Positions 47,999 to 57,834 of a stretch of DNA of 64,000 nucleotides are shown piece after piece. Each line of letters starts with the position of its first letter. Within the stretch, counting starts at the first letter, position 1. This DNA is from Deltaproteobacteria bacterium GWA2_38_16. Lineage in GTDB: Bacteria; Bdellovibrionota; JACOXK01; 2-02-FULL-40-11. Both the position numbers and the translations under genes were made by a program. The notes beneath the pieces were generated by a model, which did no database searches, was not told where the DNA came from, and saw only the letters and a program-made list of their open reading frames with translations. The DNA lies in contig MGPE01000011.1 of the NCBI GenBank assembly GCA_001797335.1, positions 12,079 through 76,078 on the forward strand, read 5' to 3'.

Positions 47999-49385
47999 AT
48001 ACCACTTCCCCTCCCACAACCGTCATTTCTGTTTTTTCTTTGGATCGCACTGAAAAATCTGCCAACTTTCCTATCTCTAGGGTCCCTTTTGTATCTTCAG
48101 AAAATTCCGCATAGGCACCCCCCACCGTGTAAAAATGAACAAATTTTTTAACAAGCCGTGGATCATGCGGTTCAATCGGCGTATCGGATCCTCCACATAA
48201 GGGAATCCCCTTTTTTTTCATTTTGTCAAAAATACCCACAGTGTTCATTCGTTTTTTACCCAAACGCTTTTCTAACCAAGGACGATCAGAAACAATATGC
48301 CAGGGCTGGACAGAGGCAATAATTCCAAATTTTTTCATTAAAGGCAAAACCTTCGGATGACACACTTCTAAATGTTCAAAACGAAATCGCCTGTCTCGAA
48401 CTTCTTTGGGCGAAAAATAGGTATTTAAAATCTCTAATACAAAAATTGATGCTTGATCTCCCAATACATGAAAAATAAGTTGAAATTGGTTTTGAAGCGC
48501 TTTTCGAATAGTGGATACGAGTTCTTTTTCAGTACTGAGCGGCGTACCACAATGACCTGGACTATCTTCATAGGGAGATGAAAGCCATGCCCCTCTCGAT
48601 CCCAAAGCCCCATCGATAAATATCTTTTTAGCTCGAATATTTAAATGATGATTAAAAAGATTAACCTGTGGCTTTGGAAAAGCATTACACGCTTCTTTCC
48701 CATACAAAGCACAAGACACTCGAAGATTCATTTTTTTTTGCTGCATGAGCGTTATTAAAGTTTTTAAGGGAAGAAGTTCAGTCGCCATATCATGCACGGA
48801 AGTAATGCCATCAGATAATAACTGGATTTCGGCTTCCATCAATGCTGCCTCTATTTCATGAGGGGATACTTTAGGTCTAAAAGGCTCGAGATGTTTCATG
48901 GCTTTATCTGCCAAAAAACCCGTAGGATATTTTTTTAAAATATTTGCCTTTTTTAAAAGACACGTATTGACCCACACCGCATGTTCATCCACACGTCGAA
49001 CTATAATAGGAATACAAGAAGAGACTTGATCTAAAAGAAAAAGAGATAACTCAGACCCTTTCCATCCACACACTTCTAACCCAGATGTTTTTGGCGTCAC
49101 TTCTCCCTTTAATATTTCTAAAAGCTCATCTTGAGAGGAGCAAAAACCAACATCCAATTCATATTTTTTGGACCCTAAAAGATACAGATGCACATGAGAA
49201 TCAATCCATCCTGGAAAAATCTCATGCCCCTCCAGATTTATTTTTTTCTTGGCTAAAAGATGTTTAGGAGGTTTTCCAGTACCTAAATCCTGAATCCACC
49301 CCCTACTTGAGGCTAACCAATGGATGCGCCCTTTTCCATTATAAAATAAGGTATCGATAAGCAGCTCCCAACATGCCTGCATCAT
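47988..49385 (-). CDS. Amidohydrolase family protein (YtcJ-like, Amidohydro_3)
   Basis: GWIDSHVHL, RFRFEHLEV and GGSDTPIEPHDP metal-ligand motifs. 465 aa. Confidence 0.8.
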   Translation of the reverse strand: MMQACWELLIDTLFYNGKGRIHWLASSRGWIQDLGTGKPPKHLLAKKKINLEGHEIFPGWIDSHVHLYLLGSKKYELDVGFCSSQDELLEILKGEVTPKTSGLEVCGWKGSELSLFLLDQVSSCIPIIVRRVDEHAVWVNTCLLKKANILKKYPTGFLADKAMKHLEPFRPKVSPHEIEAALMEAEIQLLSDGITSVHDMATELLPLKTLITLMQQKKMNLRVSCALYGKEACNAFPKPQVNLFNHHLNIRAKKIFIDGALGSRGAWLSSPYEDSPGHCGTPLSTEKELVSTIRKALQNQFQLIFHVLGDQASIFVLEILNTYFSPKEVRDRRFRFEHLEVCHPKVLPLMKKFGIIASVQPWHIVSDRPWLEKRLGKKRMNTVGIFDKMKKKGIPLCGGSDTPIEPHDPRLVKKFVHFYTVGGAYAEFSEDTKGTLEIGKLADFSVRSKEKTEMTVVGGEVVYAR

Positions 49386-50217
49386 CTCCCAATTGAGACT
49401 GAAGAATCTCGAGATGTTCTGCGGGCCCCTTCATTGAGGAATGCTTGGCCATATCAATGGCGGAAGGATAAAAATAAGGAAAAGCTCCTGACAACCTTCC
49501 CCCTAAAATAAAACATTCAATATTGAGCAAATTAGAAACCGAGGCAATTCCCCTTCCCAATTTTTTCCCCATTTCTTTAAAAAGCGCCAATGCCTCCGGA
49601 TCTTCTTTTTTAGCTTTTTCATAGAGATCTTTTGAAGTAATCCCAGTTCTTTTTTGAAGAGCAGAGCTCGAAGCAAACGCTTCCAAGCATCCATAATCAC
49701 CACAAGAACAGGGGAACTGATTTGAAAAATCAATTTTAATATGCCCAATTTCACAGGCCATCCCCCGAACTCCCTTCCAAAGCTTTCGGTTTAAAATCAA
49801 TCCTCCCCCCACACCTGTTCCTAAAGTTAAAAAACAAAAAGAATCAATTTCTTTTCCATGCCCCAACCAGGCTTCTCCCAATGCGGCGCAATTGGCATCA
49901 TTCTCTAACACCCAAGGAACTTTTAAAGAGGAAAAACGCTGATAAATATTTTGTCCTCTTAAAAAAGGTAAATTCGGAGCATCATAGACAACCCCCATTT
50001 TTTCATCCATCACAATGGGCAATGCCATAGCTACGGCTCGACAGGTATGCGCTGAAATCCACTGATTGATTTTTTGATCGAGATCTTTAAAAAAATCATC
50101 TCTGCTAAGAGTAGCATGTGCATAGGTTTCTTTTTTTAAAATATGGCCAGAATCATCTATAGAAGCAAATCTAAGATGAGTTCCTCCAATATCAATGGAG
50201 AGGATGGGCTTTGTCAT
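49339..50217 (-). CDS. ROK family sugar kinase (probable glucokinase)
   Basis: LSIDIGGTHLRFA, GTGVGGG and the CSCGDYGCLEAFAS zinc motif. Confidence 0.85.
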   Translation of the reverse strand: MTKPILSIDIGGTHLRFASIDDSGHILKKETYAHATLSRDDFFKDLDQKINQWISAHTCRAVAMALPIVMDEKMGVVYDAPNLPFLRGQNIYQRFSSLKVPWVLENDANCAALGEAWLGHGKEIDSFCFLTLGTGVGGGLILNRKLWKGVRGMACEIGHIKIDFSNQFPCSCGDYGCLEAFASSSALQKRTGITSKDLYEKAKKEDPEALALFKEMGKKLGRGIASVSNLLNIECFILGGRLSGAFPYFYPSAIDMAKHSSMKGPAEHLEILQSQLGDDAGMLGAAYRYLIL

Positions 50218-50785
50218 AGGATATCTCTAAAAAATTTTTTAAAATTTTCTTTCCTTCTGGAGTCAAAATAGATTCTGGATGAAATTGGACACCAAAAACA
50301 AAATATTTTTTATGCTGAATGGCCATGGGAATGTTATCCTCTGTATAAGCGATAGTTTCAATATCAGAATGAATGGGCTTTTCATGATCAATAATCCAAG
50401 AATGGTATCGCATGGCGCAAAAAGGATTTTCCACATTTTTTAAAATACCTTTTCCCTCATGATAAATGCGAGAGGTCTTTCCATGAAATAATGTTGGTGC
50501 TTGTTTTAAGGATCCCCCGAAAACCATCGCCATGGCTTGATGCCCCAAACACACTCCTAAAATAGGAAATTTTTGATAAAAATGCTCAATAAGCTTAAGA
50601 CTCATCCCTGCTTTTTGAGGAAGTCCCGGCCCTGGAGAAATAACCATATGGGTAGGATGTAATGCTTCTACCTCAGCAAACGAAAGTTCATCATTTTTAA
50701 CAACATGAATATCTGAACGCAATTCTCCTAAATATTGAACCAGATTAAAGGTAAAAGAATCATAATTATCAATCACTAAAATCAT
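50192..50785 (-). CDS. Anthranilate / aminodeoxychorismate synthase component II (glutamine amidotransferase)
   Basis: ILVIDNYDSFTFNLVQYLGEL, GVCLGHQ, FGVQFHPES. Its neighbourhood with folC favours a PabA role, but TrpG cannot be excluded. Confidence 0.9.
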   Translation of the reverse strand: MILVIDNYDSFTFNLVQYLGELRSDIHVVKNDELSFAEVEALHPTHMVISPGPGLPQKAGMSLKLIEHFYQKFPILGVCLGHQAMAMVFGGSLKQAPTLFHGKTSRIYHEGKGILKNVENPFCAMRYHSWIIDHEKPIHSDIETIAYTEDNIPMAIQHKKYFVFGVQFHPESILTPEGKKILKNFLEISYDKAHPLH

Positions 50786-50787
50786 CG

Positions 50788-53034
50788 TTATAAATCATCT
50801 CCCTGGCCTGACAGTAATCTTAAATTTTGTTCTTCTCCTTGCTGGTAAAGCCTAGCCAGAGAAAGATGGTCCTCTCCAAAAAGCACACTCACCCCCGCAC
50901 TAAATGCAAAACCACTATCTCTTTTATCTTCAAAATTTAAATTAAGTGCCCAACATTTTGACTTTGGAAAATATGTGGCCTGATATATTTTTTCTAAAAA
51001 CCGATCATTAAAAAGATCGTAGTTTAATGAAAAATTAAATTTTAAAATATCAATAAAATGAAATCCTGCTCCGCCATTCACGGTATGAGAAGGTTCTTTT
51101 CGTTTTCGGACATAATTTAAACGATACACATTGGCCCAAGGATCATTATATTGCATACCATGAGAAATACGCGTTACCCAATGTCTATAAACATCATAAT
51201 CGGTTTCAGAGGTCGCTGTGAAGCCTGCCAACGAAGCTCCCAAAACTCCCCGCACATCACCCCAGGGACGACGATCAGATACATTACTACTCTGGGCTGT
51301 TAAAATATTATAATCTTGATTAAACGCAAGCCTTAAGCCATCCCAATAATTAATAGCAGATGTTTTTTTATCCCTAGTTCTAAAAATAAATCGATTCTGA
51401 AATTCCCAAGACGCTGTATGAACGGTGGCCAACTGATCCAATCCATCAAAAACAGGAATGGTGTCATCTAAGATAACAAAAGGAGAATAGTGATACGTTA
51501 CTTTAGGTTCAATCAAATGCTTTATTTTCTGAACAACTTTTCCTCCATAATTAAAAATGCGGTTAATATTGGTAGAAATGGCTGGCGTAATATCGAGCAT
51601 CAATCTATTTTTATTGTGATCTCCTTCAGAAAGCCACCAATGGGTTTGTCTGGCTCCCATCTGTGGAACCAGTTCAAAATATCTTCCCACTTTAAAGGGC
51701 ATTGAAATAGAGGGGAAAATATCCGTCCGATGAGCTCTCAGTAATGAATCTGTTCCTTCATCGTAAACACCATTATTATTGGTATCTTTAAATTCTCCTC
51801 CGAGAGCATAAAAATTAACATATGAAAAACTGGTCCCAAAAAGAAAGGGTACTCCTATTTTGTCGTCTAATCCCAAATAATCGGATTGATTCATCGCCAT
51901 CGTAAATTCAGGAAGTCGATGAATAATATCCCTACTTGTTTTTCGAGGATCGCTATTTAATAAGCTTTGATAATAGGTTCCTTCGAGGTTAAAAGAAAAA
52001 TTTTCTGTGGTAAGACCTTGAAGCAATTTTGTTTCTAGCCCTGCATCTTGACGCCCTGTAATATCTTTTTGAAAATCCTTCACATACTCACTATCGCTGG
52101 ATACTCTCACTGTCGCCTTATTAAAAAGATTTGGAGTTGAGTAAATGGCATGATCATAGGTGAGGACATAGCGTTCCCGATATCCAAAATCACGCACGAA
52201 TTCTCGATCTTGTAAATAATAAGCATTTAATTTTCCAGAACTTAAGGGATTTAACATATACCGATATTCTAATCCCTCTTTAAATCCTCGCTTGGTTAAA
52301 TATTCCAAAGAAGTCGTGGCATCATGCGACCGCCCCAGGGCTAAAAACAAAGAATTTCGAAGTTGAAATCCAGAAATATCGGATCCCCCAAATTCTGGCA
52401 GTAAAAATCCAGATTGTCGTTCTGATTTCACGGGAAAGAAGAGAAAAGGAGAATAAAAAATGGGGACACCTCCTGCTAAAAAAACAGGATGTGCAGCGGT
52501 AGCATATCCTCCCATGGTAACATCCGCTTTGTAACTCCAAATTTGCCAAGGGCAGGTTTCATCTTCTTTCACTTCACAGGTGGAATATGTCCCTTTATAA
52601 AAATTATATTTTTTATCCCCCACTTTATTGATTTTTTCAGCACGAAGCCTGGAATAGCCACTTTTTACTTCCCCATTAATAATTTCGCCCAAGCGGGTTT
52701 TATAATTGTAAGAAATCTCATGCGCCTTCACAAAAGTTTCTTCAGAAGGAATACTTAAATGCACATTATCCGTAGCAGTAAGATGATTTTTTTTCTTATC
52801 TACTGTCACTTTCCCTGCCGTTAGCACTGTATCGCCATAGGTCAATGTCACATTGCCTTCTAAAATAATCAGATCTTTTTCTACATCTTGAAAATGGCGC
52901 TTGGCCACAAAGTGAAGTGGAAGTTTTTCTTCCATCTGTTCTTTAAGACTTTTAGTGGGTGTTTTTGGCTCTTCTTCTTCTGAAAAAACAGGAAAGTTCA
53001 TCATAAGAATCAGCATGAAAAATATTAATTTCAT
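50788..53034 (-). CDS. lptD: LPS-assembly outer membrane protein LptD
   Basis: Signal peptide. OstA-like N-terminal domain (LEGNVTLTYGDTVLTAGKVTVDKKKNHLTATDNVHL). The large C-terminal region has alternating beta-strand patterns. 748 aa. Confidence 0.87.
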   Translation of the reverse strand: MKLIFFMLILMMNFPVFSEEEEPKTPTKSLKEQMEEKLPLHFVAKRHFQDVEKDLIILEGNVTLTYGDTVLTAGKVTVDKKKNHLTATDNVHLSIPSEETFVKAHEISYNYKTRLGEIINGEVKSGYSRLRAEKINKVGDKKYNFYKGTYSTCEVKEDETCPWQIWSYKADVTMGGYATAAHPVFLAGGVPIFYSPFLFFPVKSERQSGFLLPEFGGSDISGFQLRNSLFLALGRSHDATTSLEYLTKRGFKEGLEYRYMLNPLSSGKLNAYYLQDREFVRDFGYRERYVLTYDHAIYSTPNLFNKATVRVSSDSEYVKDFQKDITGRQDAGLETKLLQGLTTENFSFNLEGTYYQSLLNSDPRKTSRDIIHRLPEFTMAMNQSDYLGLDDKIGVPFLFGTSFSYVNFYALGGEFKDTNNNGVYDEGTDSLLRAHRTDIFPSISMPFKVGRYFELVPQMGARQTHWWLSEGDHNKNRLMLDITPAISTNINRIFNYGGKVVQKIKHLIEPKVTYHYSPFVILDDTIPVFDGLDQLATVHTASWEFQNRFIFRTRDKKTSAINYWDGLRLAFNQDYNILTAQSSNVSDRRPWGDVRGVLGASLAGFTATSETDYDVYRHWVTRISHGMQYNDPWANVYRLNYVRKRKEPSHTVNGGAGFHFIDILKFNFSLNYDLFNDRFLEKIYQATYFPKSKCWALNLNFEDKRDSGFAFSAGVSVLFGEDHLSLARLYQQGEEQNLRLLSGQGDDL

Positions 53035-54254
53035 AAGAAGTATTTTTTTGCCTCAGACACGGTATACAAAGACCCCGTCACACACACAAGATCATTCCTC
53101 CCTGCTTTAGAAATTACGGATGATAGCGCTCCCGGGATTTCGCTACAAAACTCAATTTTATGTTTAAGTTCTGGCATCGTCTCTAAAAGAAGCGGCTTTT
53201 GCAATGCGCGTTTAATGGGAGGTTCTACAAAATAAAAAGAATCTGCATGCGGCAAAAGCATTCTAAACATTTTTTGATAATTTTTATCGGCCATGACCCC
53301 AAAGACCACATGTAATTTATCATACTGAAAATCTGTCTTCAGCGCTCGAAGCAATACCCGAACTCCCGCTGGATTATGCGCACCGTCTAAAAGCACTTTT
53401 GGTTTTTTCTGAACTACTTCTAGCCTTCCTGGCCAAACGGTTTTTAAAAGCCCTTTTTGAATGGCTTCTTTAGAAACCTCCCACTTCTTTTGTAATAACC
53501 GAATAACCTCCAACACGCAGGCTGCATTTTTTTGCTGATGATACTTCCCGGGTAAAGATAAGGATAGTGTTGGATCACTCAAAAAATCTTTCCCCAAAAT
53601 ATAAATAGGCGATTGTTTCTGATGGCAAATTTTTTGAAAAAGTTTTTGAATTTTTTTCTGTGCCACAGCCGTCACCAGAGGAGTTTTGGGTTTAATAATA
53701 CCTGCTTTTTCTAGAGCAATCTTCGTTAAGGTATTTCCAAGAAGTCTTTGGTGATCAAAATCAATAGACGTAATCACTGAAGCCAGAGGGCTTAAAACAT
53801 TGGTAGAATCCAACCGGCCTCCCAACCCCACTTCGACAACTGCAAAATCCACTTTTTCTCGTTCAAAATATCGAAAGGCAATGACTGTCATGAGCTCAAA
53901 AAAAGAAAGTTTTATAGATGTAAAAGCAAGCATCCGATTTGTGTCATTGATAAAATAAATAAGCTCTTTTTTAGAAATCATTTTTTGATTGAGCTGAATT
54001 CTTTCTCGAACATCCAATAAATGCGGTGAAATATACGTACCCACTTTATATCCTGCTTGAACAAGAATCGATGTCAGCATGGCTACGGTGGATCCTTTTC
54101 CATTGGTCCCAGCTACTAAAATTGATTTAAATTTTTGATGCGGATTTTTAAAATAGGTTAGTGCTTCTTGGGTAGACTCAATACTGAGCGTAATTCCTTT
54201 TTTCTCTAGAGAGAAAAGATATGAAAGAGCGTGCTCATACGTATAGATGGGCAT
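53031..54254 (-). CDS. folC: Bifunctional folylpolyglutamate synthase / dihydrofolate synthase
   Basis: GTNGKGST P-loop and Mur-ligase family organisation (EVGLGGRLDSTN, DGAHNP). Confidence 0.9.
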   Translation of the reverse strand: MPIYTYEHALSYLFSLEKKGITLSIESTQEALTYFKNPHQKFKSILVAGTNGKGSTVAMLTSILVQAGYKVGTYISPHLLDVRERIQLNQKMISKKELIYFINDTNRMLAFTSIKLSFFELMTVIAFRYFEREKVDFAVVEVGLGGRLDSTNVLSPLASVITSIDFDHQRLLGNTLTKIALEKAGIIKPKTPLVTAVAQKKIQKLFQKICHQKQSPIYILGKDFLSDPTLSLSLPGKYHQQKNAACVLEVIRLLQKKWEVSKEAIQKGLLKTVWPGRLEVVQKKPKVLLDGAHNPAGVRVLLRALKTDFQYDKLHVVFGVMADKNYQKMFRMLLPHADSFYFVEPPIKRALQKPLLLETMPELKHKIEFCSEIPGALSSVISKAGRNDLVCVTGSLYTVSEAKKYFL

Positions 54255-54262
54255 AGGATGAT

Positions 54263-54817
54263 TTAGAGTTTTGGCAATGTAATCCCACGTTGGCCTTGAT
54301 ATTTTCCTTTGCGATCCTTATATGAAATCGCACAGGGCTCATCACTTTCGTAAAATAAAAGTTGGGCAATGCCTTCATTAGCATAAATTTTTGCGGGGAG
54401 TGGCGTAGTATTAGAAATCTCAAGTGTCACATGCCCTTCCCACTCGGGTTCCAAGGGCGTTACATTAATAATGATACCGCAGCGGGCATAGGTGCTTTTA
54501 CCCAGTGTCACCACCAATACATTTCTAGGGATTCGAAGATATTCCAAGGTTCTGGCCAGAGCAAAAGAATTGGGAGGGACAATACACATATCCCCTTTAA
54601 AATCGACAAACGATTTTGAATCAAAATTTTTGGGATCCACCATGGAATTATTGACATTGGTAAAAATTTTAAATTCATCAGACACACGAATATCATATCC
54701 GTAGGAAGAAACCCCATAAGAAATCACTCCCGTTTTTACTTGATTTTCATGAAAGGGTTCGATCATCTGATGTTCTAAAGACATTCTTCGAATCCATTTA
54801 TCTGATTTAATAGACAT
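54263..54817 (-). CDS. dcd: dCTP deaminase
   Basis: [23 protein letters not shown]-terminus, [18 protein letters not shown]. 184 aa. Confidence 0.95.
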   Translation of the reverse strand: MSIKSDKWIRRMSLEHQMIEPFHENQVKTGVISYGVSSYGYDIRVSDEFKIFTNVNNSMVDPKNFDSKSFVDFKGDMCIVPPNSFALARTLEYLRIPRNVLVVTLGKSTYARCGIIINVTPLEPEWEGHVTLEISNTTPLPAKIYANEGIAQLLFYESDEPCAISYKDRKGKYQGQRGITLPKL

Positions 54818-54825
54818 AATATTTT

Positions 54826-54859
54826 GTCATCCCGGAAGTGCGAAGCACTATCCGGGATC
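54826..54859. repeat. Solo half-copy of the REP-like element (E4) with a nested hairpin
   Basis: GTCATCC-CGGA-AGTGC-GAA-GCACT-ATCCG-GGATC. It sits in the 62-nt gap between two co-directional minus-strand genes. Confidence 0.6.
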
Positions 54860-54879
54860 CAGTGTTAGTTTTAAATGAG

Positions 54880-56022
54880 CTAAAAAGGTTTGTAAAGAAG
54901 AAATACAATCACATACGGCTGGCTAGACAACTCATCATTTAAACGACTGACAATTTGGACTTTCCCAAATTCAGGCTGAATAACATACACCGTTTCCGCA
55001 TCCCAGTGTTCCAATTTTAATTTTTTCTTTAAAGCAAGCGTAGCTTCATAATTTTCATCCGATCCTCTTACATACAAAGAAAGATATTCTTTGGATTTAA
55101 AATTTTCGGGCAATGCTTCCAGTGGTACCACTTTTCCATAGAGCGGTTTTAAGGAATAATGTTTCTGGTCATGTACGTAAATGGTATTTAAGAGTTTTGC
55201 GATTGAAAATTCTTGAAGCACTGTCTTCCACTGGTCTTCTTCAAATAATTCTTTGGGATGGCTCATCGAAATAAACCGCTTAAAATCCCCTTTTTCCGGA
55301 AAATAATGAAGATAAAGATAATAATAAAAGAGAAAGCTATTCCCATAGTATTTGGCTTGGGAATCGGGAAATTCTTCTAAAGCAACATCTGGATTTTCAA
55401 AATATTTGGTTATCTGAAACTGAGGAATAAAATGGGTTAATTGATACGCAAAAAATTGCGCCAACCCTTCATCCATCCACCGATGGATTTCTCTATTTTG
55501 CAATCGATAATACAGGTGAAACAGCTCATGAGCGATATAAAAATGAAGCTCCTCTTCTTTAATTCCAAAGGGATTTACTAAAATCGCTTCATACCCATGC
55601 TTATCCTTATATAAAGCCGCATAAAATGCCTGATATACATAGGAAGCATTACCCTGGTTAGAAAGCCGATCGGTAAAGATAAAATGAATAGGAGTTTTTA
55701 TTTTTTGACCACTCTGGGAAAATAAAAAATCATACTCTAGCATAAAGCCATTCTCTATTTTTTGAGCCAAGCGTTTATAAAATTCAATAGGCCAAGGTTT
55801 GGCATTTTGGCTATCTTCAAAAAACATAACTCTATCTGAAGAAAGGGTTGGTTTCCCTTCTATGGTTTCAAAAGTTTCTAAGTAAGGATTAAAGTAAGGC
55901 AGTTCTTCTGCAATGCCGCCTATGGATATGACCAAAAAAATAAAGATGCTACATAGTTTCATTAAAGCGCCCTTACCAAACGGTAATAAAAAATACTTAA
56001 AATCCAAAATTGAGGTTGACAT
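54880..56022 (-). CDS. Putative exported zinc metallopeptidase (peptidase MA-like, HExxH)
   Basis: YIAHELFHLYY (HExxH) followed by MDEGLAQFFAY (EGLA.., the third-ligand region of MA(E)-like peptidases). There is an N-terminal hydrophobic segment. An alternative ATG at 55962 gives the cleaner signal peptide MKLCSIFIFLVISIGG. Confidence 0.6.
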   Translation of the reverse strand: MSTSILDFKYFLLPFGKGALMKLCSIFIFLVISIGGIAEELPYFNPYLETFETIEGKPTLSSDRVMFFEDSQNAKPWPIEFYKRLAQKIENGFMLEYDFLFSQSGQKIKTPIHFIFTDRLSNQGNASYVYQAFYAALYKDKHGYEAILVNPFGIKEEELHFYIAHELFHLYYRLQNREIHRWMDEGLAQFFAYQLTHFIPQFQITKYFENPDVALEEFPDSQAKYYGNSFLFYYYLYLHYFPEKGDFKRFISMSHPKELFEEDQWKTVLQEFSIAKLLNTIYVHDQKHYSLKPLYGKVVPLEALPENFKSKEYLSLYVRGSDENYEATLALKKKLKLEHWDAETVYVIQPEFGKVQIVSRLNDELSSQPYVIVFLLYKPF

Positions 56023-56066
56023 ATAAACGATTCTCTTTTACTTAGCAAGCACTGATTTTAAAAAAT

Positions 56067-56921
56067 ATGGAAGTCAATCTCTACCAATACAAAGACTATA
56101 GAAATTTTTTGAAAGATTTTTATGTCGAAAAAAAGAAAACCAATCATTCCTATTCTTATTCCGTTTTCTCCCGAAAAGCGGGGCTCCAATCTCCCAATTA
56201 CTTAAAACGGGTCATGGATGGTTCACGCAACCTAACCCACAGAAATTTAAGAAATTTTGTTGTGGGGCTGGGGCTTAGCAAAAAAGAATCTCACTATTTT
56301 GAAAATCTCGTTATGTTTAATCAAAGCATTCAATCGCAGTCCAAAGACTTCTACTTTGGCGAACTTAAAAAAATATCTGATAAAAATGATGCTGCCTTTA
56401 AAATTGATGGGGCTTATTATGAATACCTTTCTCATTGGTATTATGTAGCCATCCACGAAATGGTCAATCTTAAAGATTTCAAAGAAGATCCAGAGTGGAT
56501 TTGCCAACATCTCAAAAATAAAATTACCAAATCCCAGGCCAAACACGCCCTTTCCTTTTTACTTTCCACTGGGCTTTTAAAACGAGAACCCTTAAAAGGC
56601 ACAAAAGGAAAACTCACCCAAGTTCACCCAAAATTAAAATATTTAAAAGATGTTAAAAATATTGCCATACAAAAATTTCATGAGCAAATGATGGATCTAG
56701 CAAAAGAATCTATTGATCAAGAAGACATTACCAAACGAGAGCCCAGCTCTCTTACCCTCTGTGTAACTGAAAATAATTACGAAGAAATAAAAAAGTTTAT
56801 CCAAGAGTTCCGAGCGGAACTGAACGATAAATTTAGTTGTCAACCAGGGACAGGAAAAGAGGTTATTCAAATTAATTTTCAACTCTTTTCTTTAACCCCC
56901 AAGGAAAGGAGTCAATCATGA
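56067..56921 (+). CDS. TIGR02147 / DUF4423 family protein (HTH-like; the Fibrobacter/Bdellovibrio paralogous family)
   Basis: YQYKDYRNFLKDFYVEKKKTNHSYSYSVFSRKAGLQSPNYLKRVMDGSRNLTHRNL...LSKKESHYFENLVMFNQS matches my recollection of the TIGR02147 N-terminal signature. Confidence 0.72.
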   Translation: MEVNLYQYKDYRNFLKDFYVEKKKTNHSYSYSVFSRKAGLQSPNYLKRVMDGSRNLTHRNLRNFVVGLGLSKKESHYFENLVMFNQSIQSQSKDFYFGELKKISDKNDAAFKIDGAYYEYLSHWYYVAIHEMVNLKDFKEDPEWICQHLKNKITKSQAKHALSFLLSTGLLKREPLKGTKGKLTQVHPKLKYLKDVKNIAIQKFHEQMMDLAKESIDQEDITKREPSSLTLCVTENNYEEIKKFIQEFRAELNDKFSCQPGTGKEVIQINFQLFSLTPKERSQS

Positions 56922-57832
56922 AAACAAAAAATATTTGGCTTATGCTCATCTTAACATTTTTAAGCATGCCTATTATCACGTGGGCAGGCATTGGAACCGA
57001 TGTTGGAGGAGGCGGCGGCGGAGTGGATGAAGAATATCATCCTCACAGACATCCTTCAGATACTCCAAAAATTCCAGCAGATGCTCCTTGGGAAGGACTC
57101 ACTACCTGGTGTTCCTCGACAGAAGCAACGCTCAGGGATTACAAATCCTACGCCCGAATGGTCAGCGGCAATTACGCCAGAGTTCGAGAAACGTTGGTCA
57201 CAGGTTTACAAATTGCCCGAGACAATTATCAAAGACCGGGCCCAGAACCCATGCCTTTTGAACTTTTGACCTTGCGATCCATTCACAGAGCCTTGGAACT
57301 CAATGACGTTTTATTTGAAAATGGTGGAGAATTTGAAAACCAAGTGGTTTCAAATCTCCTCTCTCATTTTTATAATTTCATCATCGATGTAAATTTGAAT
57401 TTTGATAGAACCTACACCATCCCATACTTTCAGCACCACCATTTATGTCCAGACCCTTCACGGCACGCACCCAATTGTCCCTATCGCCCAGTCTCTGAAG
57501 ATAATTTCTATGCAGAATTTGGGAAATATGCCCTTAAGCTCCTCTCTCTGGCGCTGGATCGAATGGAAGCCATGGGATCCGATAAAAACGAACTTATTTT
57601 ATTTGAAGCCATTACGGGTTGGGCACAGGTGGATTTGGCAAACTCTATCTTTAGAAGATACTACGATTGCCAAAGAGCTTCTCTTTGGGATTTAAACCAA
57701 ATTATTCACAATTTCTTAAATGAGCGAAAAAGTTATTTTCCCGATAGCCGAATGCTTATTCTTCACACACGGCAACGGGTAAAAGAAATCAAAGAATCCC
57801 TCGTCAATATTGAATATGGAAGGAGAAGATAA
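56918..57832 (+). CDS. Exported hypothetical protein P1 (304 aa; Gly tract and His/Cys-rich motifs)
   Basis: ATGA overlap with the upstream stop. RBS AAGGAG. Signal peptide MKTKNIWLMLILTFLSMPIITWA. G6 tract. HPHRHP and QHHHLCPDPSRHAPNCP motifs. Confidence 0.6.
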   Translation: MKTKNIWLMLILTFLSMPIITWAGIGTDVGGGGGGVDEEYHPHRHPSDTPKIPADAPWEGLTTWCSSTEATLRDYKSYARMVSGNYARVRETLVTGLQIARDNYQRPGPEPMPFELLTLRSIHRALELNDVLFENGGEFENQVVSNLLSHFYNFIIDVNLNFDRTYTIPYFQHHHLCPDPSRHAPNCPYRPVSEDNFYAEFGKYALKLLSLALDRMEAMGSDKNELILFEAITGWAQVDLANSIFRRYYDCQRASLWDLNQIIHNFLNERKSYFPDSRMLILHTRQRVKEIKESLVNIEYGRRR

Positions 57833-57834
57833 TC

